DNA of 32,000 nucleotides from Halomicronema hongdechloris C2206 (GTDB lineage Bacteria; Cyanobacteriota; Cyanobacteriia; Phormidesmidales; Phormidesmidaceae): NCBI RefSeq assembly GCF_002075285.3, contig NZ_CP021983.2, positions 4,620,001 to 4,652,000 of the forward strand, read 5' to 3'. Shown piece by piece: positions 25,854 to 32,000 of this stretch (position 1 is its first letter; each line of letters starts with the position of its first letter). The notes under the pieces were generated by a model. It saw only the letters and a program-made list of their open reading frames with translations, ran no database searches and was not told where the DNA came from. The position numbers and the translations under genes were made by a program.

Positions 25854-28073
25854 ATGAAACGGCGTCAGTTACTGCAGTCAGCAGGGGGCTTATTGGCAGC
25901 CCTAGGGCTGCACGAAGCCAACCTATTGCGGCAGGCCCAGGACTACCGGCAGGCCCTGGCCCAACCGGCGGGCCGTAAACTCGCATTGCTAGTGGGTATC
26001 AATGCCTATGGCAGCCAACCCCTGCAGGGCTGTCTCACCGATGTCGCCCTACAACGGGCATTGCTGATCCATCGCTTTGGCTTTCATCCAGATGATGTCC
26101 TCACCCTGAGCGACAGGGCGGCTACCCGAGACGGCATTCTAGCTGCCTTTGAGACCCACTTGATTCAGAAGGCTAAACCAGAGGATGTGGTCTTGTTTCA
26201 CTTCTCGGGCCATGGCTCCCGCCTGCAGGACCCGACTCCTATCGACGGCCGTTCCTTCAACAGTGCCTTAGTGCCCATTGACAGCTCCTTGGGGGGATCT
26301 GGTCAACCGCCTGCTACCGTCTCCGACATCATGGGCAAGACCTTGTTCTTACTGATGAGTGCCCTCCAGACCGAGCAGGTGACGGTGGTGCTCGACAGTT
26401 GTTACTCTGGCGGCGGCAAACGGGGCACCACGGTGGTGCGGTCGGCCGTCCGGGGAGGGCAACGGCAATTGCCCCGTCCCAGCCAGGCTGAGTTGGCCTA
26501 TCAAGACTCCTGGCGGGAGCGGCTGGGCTGGTCTCGAGCGGAGTTGCAGCAACGACGGCAGGCCGGTGTGGCTAAGGGAGTGGTGATCACGGCAGCGGGC
26601 CCCGGTCAAGTGGCCCTCGATGCCGACTTCGGTGAAGTTAGGGCCGGAGCCTTCACCTATCTTCTGACCCAATATTTGTGGCAACAGGGCGATCAAGAGC
26701 CCCTAGAGCAGGCCCTAGCCACCGTCGGTCGCAGCACCCAGCAGTATGCCCAGGATGTCTCTACGCGGTTGCAGACTCCTGAATTTGAAGCCAATCTGCC
26801 GGCTGGACAGTCGGTGCCCATGTATTTCTTGCCGCCTACGGCCCCCGCGGCTGAAGCCGTGATCACGGGGCGGTCGGACCCCGAGGTCACTATCTGGTTT
26901 GGGGGCGTCGATCCGCGTAGTCTGGTGGCCTTTGGCGAGAATACGGTGCTGGATGTACTGGATAGTCAGGGCAATACCCAAGGGGAAGTCCTGGTGCGAT
27001 CGCGTCAGGGATTGGAGGGCACCGGTCGCTGGCTAGGTTCCGGTCGCAGTGGCCCCACGGGAATTTTCTTGCAGGAGGTGATTCGCGGCATCCCCCAGAA
27101 TCTGGAGTTGCGCATCGGCCTGGATCCATCTCTCGATGGCATGGCTGCGGTTCAGGAAGTCTTGGCGGCCTTGCCTAGGATTGAACCGCGACCGGTGTCA
27201 CTGGGCGGGGTGGACTATATCTTAGCTCCCCTAACGGCTGATATCGCTGCCCCAGCCTCCCAACCTGGTGCCAGGACAGGAGCCTTAGGGCTGTTCTCGC
27301 CAGGGCTGGATCCCCTGCCGGGCTCCTTCGGTGTGCCTGGAGAGTCTCCGGCTAATGCCGTGCGACGACTCCGGACTAAGTTGCAACAGTTACTGGCCGT
27401 CCGCCTCTTGAAGGTGATGCTCAACCCCAGTTCCTCCCGTTTGCAGGTCACGGCGACCATGCATCCGGTTGCAGGAGGGTTAGATGTGGCTGCCAATCGC
27501 CTGACGGTGCGGGGGGGGCGTAGCGCTGGAAATTCGCCGACGGAGGTGGCCGCGACTACCGCGGCTGGTCGCGTGCAGCTACCGGTGGATACTGAAATTC
27601 AGTTCGAAGTCACCAACCAAGAGCCGCGGCATCTCTTCATCAGCCTGGTGGTGATTGCCCCTGACGGCGAGTTGATTCTGATTTATCCCAATAACTGGGC
27701 GGCCCCGGAGGATGCTGCTCGAATTCCCGCCGCCACGACCCTGCAGATTCCGCAGCTTGGCCGCGATCGTTTTAGCTTAGTACTGCGCCCGCCGACGGGG
27801 GTGGTGGAAACCCTGGTGATTGCCAGTGCGGTGCCCTTGCGTGAGGCCCTGCGGGTGATGGGGCAATTGGGAACAGAACGCGGCCTACGGGGGGGCGAGC
27901 CCCTAGTGGGGGACAGCGGTATGGTGACTCTGGTAGACAGCCTTCTGAGTGACTTTAACCAGTCTGCCACTCGGGGGTATCGCGGCTTAGGCATAGAACC
28001 CCTCCCTGATATCCAGGGGATTGATAGCCGCGATGTGGCCGCCCTGTCTATTGTCTTTGAGGTGATTGCCTGA
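25854..28073 (+). CDS. Tat-signal orthocaspase (peptidase C14 family) with a C-terminal DUF4384-like domain
   Basis: GAGGG lies 5 nt upstream of the ATG at 25854. The Tat-type signal is MKRRQLLQSAGGLLAALGLHEA. The caspase His is in VVLFHFSGHGS and the Cys in VTVVLDSCYSGGG. The DUF4384-like segment is IQFEVTNQEPRHLFISLVVIAPDGELILIYPNNW. The track ORF start (25728, TTG) adds 42 implausible residues. Confidence 0.85.
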   Translation: MKRRQLLQSAGGLLAALGLHEANLLRQAQDYRQALAQPAGRKLALLVGINAYGSQPLQGCLTDVALQRALLIHRFGFHPDDVLTLSDRAATRDGILAAFETHLIQKAKPEDVVLFHFSGHGSRLQDPTPIDGRSFNSALVPIDSSLGGSGQPPATVSDIMGKTLFLLMSALQTEQVTVVLDSCYSGGGKRGTTVVRSAVRGGQRQLPRPSQAELAYQDSWRERLGWSRAELQQRRQAGVAKGVVITAAGPGQVALDADFGEVRAGAFTYLLTQYLWQQGDQEPLEQALATVGRSTQQYAQDVSTRLQTPEFEANLPAGQSVPMYFLPPTAPAAEAVITGRSDPEVTIWFGGVDPRSLVAFGENTVLDVLDSQGNTQGEVLVRSRQGLEGTGRWLGSGRSGPTGIFLQEVIRGIPQNLELRIGLDPSLDGMAAVQEVLAALPRIEPRPVSLGGVDYILAPLTADIAAPASQPGARTGALGLFSPGLDPLPGSFGVPGESPANAVRRLRTKLQQLLAVRLLKVMLNPSSSRLQVTATMHPVAGGLDVAANRLTVRGGRSAGNSPTEVAATTAAGRVQLPVDTEIQFEVTNQEPRHLFISLVVIAPDGELILIYPNNWAAPEDAARIPAATTLQIPQLGRDRFSLVLRPPTGVVETLVIASAVPLREALRVMGQLGTERGLRGGEPLVGDSGMVTLVDSLLSDFNQSATRGYRGLGIEPLPDIQGIDSRDVAALSIVFEVIA

Positions 28074-28082
28074 GGCCTGAGG

Positions 28083-29231
28083 CTAGGCTGCTTGTTCTAG
28101 GGCGAAATCCAGCCAGTGCAGGCGCTGATAAAGGCCGTCGATTTGTTGCAGTAGGGTTTGCTCGCCGTTGTCATCACCCAAGTTGCGTAGGGTAGTTAGG
28201 GCTTGCTGATAGTAGTGTAGGGCCAAACTGTAGTGGCCTCGGCTTTCATAGAGGACGCCGAGATGGCTTAGGAGTCGTCCGGTGCTTTTGTAGTCTTCCA
28301 GATCTCGGAATTGGGATAGGGCCTGATAGCTGTATTGCAGCGCCAACCCAGTATGGCCAGTGCGGTGGCAGAGCATGGCCAGGTGACCTAGAATCGTGGC
28401 TGCCGCCGCCGTGTCACCCTGTTGTTGGCAAAGGTCTAAGGCGGCCTCAAAACAGGCCAGGGCATACCAATGCTGTTGCAGTTGACAATAGGCTTGGCCC
28501 ATGTAGCTGAGGGTGGTAACCTCACCGCTGCGATCGCATATTCCATTCCGCAGAAAGAGGGCCTGTTCTAGCCAGGGCAGAGCCTGCTTACTATCGCCGC
28601 AGCGATAGTAAGCGACGCCCAGGTTGTGGAGAGCCGTGGCATAGTTGACCTGATCGGGGGTTTCTGCCAACACACTGACACTGGCTTGTCCTAGAGAAAT
28701 CGCCTGTTCCCATTGTTCCATCTGCAGATAGGTGACCCCGAGATTATTTAGACAGAGGCCTACTCCCTCCATTTCGTTGTCGGCGGTATACAGACTGAGG
28801 GCCGATTGATAGCACTCCAGAGCCTGGGGCCACTCTCCCGCCTGACGATGTAAAGACCCCCGGGTGATCAGGTGTAACCGCCGATCGTCCAACTGCTTAG
28901 GACTGGCTGGGTCTGATTGTCCAGGTACGGCCAGCCGCGGCTGAGCATGCCAGTCTTGCCAAACGAAGTCGAGGCAGTTGAGGGCAATGGCAACCCCCTG
29001 CATGTCTCCCTGGCGTTGCCGCTGACAGAGTAACTGTTGGAAGGTGGCCAAGGCCTCTGCCACAGCCCCCTGATCAAAGTATTGCCAGCCCTGCTGGAAG
29101 AGATCATCGCTGATCGTCCCCAGATCAGGGTGGGCCTGGGCCAAGGTTCCATGTACCAGAGCGATCATCACCTCCAAAGAGGGTTGAGTGAGAACCATTA
29201 AGGATATTTGGGGGCTCATCATCGGTGCCAT
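28083..29231 (-). CDS. Stand-alone tetratricopeptide-repeat (TPR_12/KLC-like) protein
   Basis: About 7 consecutive 40-42-aa TPR units carry the A..L.NLG..Y...G....A......AL signature (NNLGVTYLQMEQWEQA, LHNLGVAYYRCGDSKQA, LSYMGQAYCQLQQHWYA, LGHLAMLCHRTGHTGLA, LSHLGVLYESRGHYSLA). There is no signal peptide. The start codon is uncertain (ATG 29231 or a nearby ATG). Confidence 0.85.
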   Translation of the reverse strand: MAPMMSPQISLMVLTQPSLEVMIALVHGTLAQAHPDLGTISDDLFQQGWQYFDQGAVAEALATFQQLLCQRQRQGDMQGVAIALNCLDFVWQDWHAQPRLAVPGQSDPASPKQLDDRRLHLITRGSLHRQAGEWPQALECYQSALSLYTADNEMEGVGLCLNNLGVTYLQMEQWEQAISLGQASVSVLAETPDQVNYATALHNLGVAYYRCGDSKQALPWLEQALFLRNGICDRSGEVTTLSYMGQAYCQLQQHWYALACFEAALDLCQQQGDTAAAATILGHLAMLCHRTGHTGLALQYSYQALSQFRDLEDYKSTGRLLSHLGVLYESRGHYSLALHYYQQALTTLRNLGDDNGEQTLLQQIDGLYQRLHWLDFALEQAA

Positions 29232-29733
29232 CTCCTTCTCACAGGTGCGTCATTTAGGGTGGTTAGTAGGATCTATCTCTGAGCCCCGAGAGGGTATGCA
29301 CAATCTCTGGGGAACTAGCCCACGTTGCGTGGCGGTGATCACTCGCGTCTATAGCGAAAGTGATTATCTTAACGGTCAATCCTGGCATGTCCTACCCTGG
29401 CTGACTACAGCTATATGTCATCTGGCAATGGGTGGCTCAACTAAAAAGATGAACGGGTCTACCCAAAAGGTAGGCTGACGGGCTGTGGTCGTTCCGGGTA
29501 GGGGCAGCGCTTAGGATCCAGGCAGAGCCCTCTGAGAGGACATTTGAAGGTTTACGCGATTGGCAGATAGTCCTTGGACAGGGAGACTCAACCTGAGGTG
29601 AGCGGGTCGATCAGGGATTGAGACCTCGGTAAGACTACACTTAATTTCTCAGGTTGGAGAGCTTACCCGAGGGAATTTTGCTTCCCTCGGACTGCTACAG
29701 GGCAAAACCGCTTGTGGTGTAGGTTTTCAGCTC

Positions 29734-29762
29734 AAAATGGCCCAGGGCAATTGCCCTGGGCC
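29734..29762 (-). terminator. 24-bp perfect palindrome plus T-tract; likely terminator after the DUF928 gene
   Basis: GGCCCAGGGCAATTGCCCTGGGCC (29739-29762) is followed on the minus strand by ATTTTGAG, 37 nt after the DUF928 stop. Confidence 0.55.
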
Positions 29763-29798
29763 TGGGTCTGATAATAGGTGGCGATGGAGCGGGTTGCT

Positions 29799-30442
29799 TT
29801 ACTCGCCACAAATTCGTTTGGTCACCTCGCGAACATAGTGGCTGAGGGCGGGGGCAGCCGGTCGGGTCAAGTAGACCTCTGTCAGGGCATCGGCCCAGAG
29901 TTCCTGCTCAGCAAAATAGGTAATGCGAGCCAGGCCAATGTCTAGGGGGTCGGCCCCACTGTCCCTCAGGTCTTGGGTGAGTTGTTCTAACTCGGTGGCA
30001 ATCCGTTGCCGCTCGTCCGACTCCATCACCTGGAAGTCTGCCTTCATGATGGCATCGCCGGTGAGGTCGTCATAGAGGGTCCAGGTGTACTCTCGGCCTG
30101 GCTCTAGGCCAGGCCCGTTGTAGCGCAAGCGCGGCAGGAAATTGAACAGGTCCACTCGCCAGAGAGAATCGCCGCTGGCCACATCGTGGACTTCTAATGC
30201 CTCAATCAGCCCCCCTTGCCAGAGAAAGACCGGGTTGAGATGCCAGATTTCTGGGGAGGTAGTGGCTGGGGCCACCAGACAGAGGTCGCCGCGGGAGCCG
30301 CCGGGGCGCACCTTCCCCTGGGGGTAGAGGTGGCCTTTGGGCGCTAGCTATAGTGGTTAGGGAGGCCCCAAGCCAGAGAACCCAATAGCAGATAGCGGCT
30401 GAGGCGGAGTTGTGGGAAACGTGACGTGATAAATCTAAACAT
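29799..30442 (-). pseudogene. DUF928-family secreted protein, split by a frameshift between signal peptide and mature domain (or a sequencing error)
   Basis: The mature part (track ORF 29799-30311, frame open up to 30347) is LAPKGHLYPQGKVRPGGSRGDLC...YTWTLY...ITYFAEQELWADAL, which resembles DUF928. The signal peptide MFRFITSRFPQLRLSRYLLLGSLAWGLPNHYS* (30344-30442) is in another frame. Both frames hit stops in CTATAGCTAG. The ATG is 4 nt after the upstream gene's stop. Confidence 0.6.
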
Positions 30443-30446
30443 GGGA

Positions 30447-32000
30447 TTATCGTCGCATCAAAAACGGCAATCGGTAGAACCAGAGGGTAGCCAGCGGTAG
30501 GGCAATGGGCAGAAGCACCAGCCCAGCAACATAGACTTGCAGGCTAATGATGGCATAGAGTAGGGAGCCACTGACTAGGAAGATGCACTGCCGCCGCCGG
30601 TGGAGGCTAGTCTGGTCGATTACTTTGCTCAGTAATGCCGCCATTAGTACTAACCACAGGTCGGGCAGGGGCACGACCAAATGGCGGTGGCGAAAGTGGT
30701 GAAACAAATAGCCATGGACTTCGCCTCCCAGGAGAACGGTGCTGTTATTGGCAGGAGCCTGGCGCTGACGCCAGTAGGCCATGGCTGCAGGCAGGGGGAA
30801 ATTGTCTTCATTGAGTTCGCTGACACCAGCTTCGCCGTATCCCCCTGGCATGATCATCACCACTGCTTGGGGATAGTCCTGCCGCAGCTGCGGGGGTGAG
30901 CTTTCTAGGAGCTGCCAAGCCGGTATTTGGCTGTAGAGCCGCTGCGGTGGCAGGGAGTAGTCGACGATGGGATGCAACCAGGTTTGCCCCAGACGATAGG
31001 CACTGGTGGTCACCGAGGCAGGCTGCATGCGGGGAGAGGTTAAGTGGGCTGGTACCGCTTGGTGTCCTTGGGAGAGGTCGACGGATTGGTGGCCTGAGCT
31101 CAGGACGTCAGCCAGGGCCATGAGATAGGCCAGGGGGAGGGGCCAGTCGGGACTATAACGGCTGAGAAGTAGGGGCACTAAGCGCCCCTGGCCAAATAAC
31201 TTGATGTCCCCTTGCCAGCTCCAGTCGGGGTTGCCTAGGGCCGGTAGAGGGGTTAGCCACTGCCCAGTTTGGTCGAGGTAAGTGGCTAGAATAAACCAGA
31301 TATCGTCTTGAGCCGCAGTCTCTAGGGTCTGGGCCAGGATATTGTCGTCACTGACTAAGGGGCGATCTAGAAGATAGTCAATGCTGATGACCGCTGGTTG
31401 CAATTGGGCAGTTTTGTCGACGACCCGCGCCAGATAGCGCCGATCCATGGGCCGGGGGTTGCTAATGTCGGCCCGGATCAGAGAATCATTGTCGATGGTG
31501 ACTAGCAGCAGCTCTGGCGATGCAGCCGGCAGCTGGCCGGTGCGATCGCGGTAGATGGCTTGGCTCCAGAGTCGCTGATCTAGCAAGCCCCGTTGTAGAG
31601 GGGGCAGTAGACTCAGGGTTACCATCACCCCGATCACGGCGACTTCGTAGCGGGTTGGCAGCCAGGCCCGTAGTTGCTGGCGCCAGCCCTTGGGGGCAAT
31701 GCGGTAGAGGGGGGCATCGGGGTGGCGAAACAGGGACGGGACTAAGTGAGCCGAGGGATAGGTGAGGGCATGCTCTAGTTTGAGGGCCTGACTGGCCTGG
31801 ATCAGGGCGGTGTGGACGTCGTCGTGGGCGGCTAGCCGCTGCAGGAAGCGGCGCAGGAATACATGGGCCACTTGGTTATGGACCGGTTCTCGAAAGATGG
31901 CGACCTGGCTCAGGCCTAGGTCGATCAGGGATTCGGCTAGATTGAGGCCGCTGCAGGAGTTGAAGAGGGCAAAGCGCAGGCCCCGTTGCTGGGCGATGGC
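30447..32000 (-). CDS. CHAT (caspase-fold) protease fused to a CHASE2 extracytoplasmic sensor domain and C-terminal TM helices; 5' end beyond the window
   Basis: The frame is open to base 32000, and the track start (GTG 31871) is internal. The upstream residues AIAQQRGLRFALFNSCSGLNLAESLIDLGLSQVAIFREPVHNQVAHVFLRRFLQRL...ALIQASQAL resemble the CHAT C-terminal half, including a candidate catalytic Cys (NSC). Next come a TM segment (VAVIGVMVTLSLL), a ~330-aa CHASE2-like region (LLLVTIDNDSL...VISIDYLLD...), and three C-terminal TM helices. Confidence 0.8.
   Translation of the reverse strand, partial: AIAQQRGLRFALFNSCSGLNLAESLIDLGLSQVAIFREPVHNQVAHVFLRRFLQRLAAHDDVHTALIQASQALKLEHALTYPSAHLVPSLFRHPDAPLYRIAPKGWRQQLRAWLPTRYEVAVIGVMVTLSLLPPLQRGLLDQRLWSQAIYRDRTGQLPAASPELLLVTIDNDSLIRADISNPRPMDRRYLARVVDKTAQLQPAVISIDYLLDRPLVSDDNILAQTLETAAQDDIWFILATYLDQTGQWLTPLPALGNPDWSWQGDIKLFGQGRLVPLLLSRYSPDWPLPLAYLMALADVLSSGHQSVDLSQGHQAVPAHLTSPRMQPASVTTSAYRLGQTWLHPIVDYSLPPQRLYSQIPAWQLLESSPPQLRQDYPQAVVMIMPGGYGEAGVSELNEDNFPLPAAMAYWRQRQAPANNSTVLLGGEVHGYLFHHFRHRHLVVPLPDLWLVLMAALLSKVIDQTSLHRRRQCIFLVSGSLLYAIISLQVYVAGLVLLPIALPLATLWFYRLPFLMRR

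Noticed and set aside
29188-29478. Track ORF of 96 aa upstream of the TPR gene
   Set aside because: It overlaps the TPR gene start on the opposite strand, and I recognise no motif or RBS. It more likely lies within the promoter or leader of the TPR gene.
28868-31765. Off-frame ORFs inside the TPR, DUF928 and CHASE2 genes (e.g. 28868-29152, 30142-30327, 30681-31123, 31520-31765)
   Set aside because: They are nested within supported genes, and their G/R/P/S-rich translations are typical of alternative frames in GC-rich DNA.

Overview
The window is almost certainly cyanobacterial chromosome. It is GC-rich, and I counted by eye at least 17 copies of the HIP1 octamer GCGATCGC. No rRNA, tRNA or CRISPR array was found.

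Layout, left to right:
(1) A housekeeping block: an edge-truncated yvcK-like gene missing from the ORF track, a TGD3/MlaF-like ABC ATPase, a TGD2/MlaD-like MCE protein, and a DUF4058 protein.
(2) A decayed Tc (ABC-type) toxin-complex locus on the minus strand. A TcB-like SpvB/FG-GAP/RHS gene is cut at codon ~1274 by a 1480-bp IS4-family element. The IS has perfect 18-bp inverted repeats and no target-site duplication. On its other side lies a non-cognate, frameshifted TcA-like C-terminal fragment.
(3) A minus-strand run of an atypical 530-aa Hsp70, a CaCA Ca2+/Na+ antiporter, a CPA2 antiporter with tandem USP domains, cysE and a small secreted protein.
(4) A patch of gene remnants (sulfite-oxidase-like tail, PfkB kinase tail, an ORF with an in-frame TAG).
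(5) An Hsp20 gene, a 1295-aa fusion of about 13 Asp-box/BNR propeller blades to a GT39/ArnT-like membrane glycosyltransferase, and cobM.
(6) The most interesting region (25.8-32 kb). It holds a Tat-signal orthocaspase with DUF4384, which is convergent with a stand-alone TPR protein. It also holds a split DUF928 secreted-protein gene and a CHAT-CHASE2 fusion gene that runs off the right edge.

I propose that this last set is an uncharacterised envelope-spanning sensing and proteolysis module built on two caspase-fold proteases. All domain calls come from motif recognition by eye, not from database searches.
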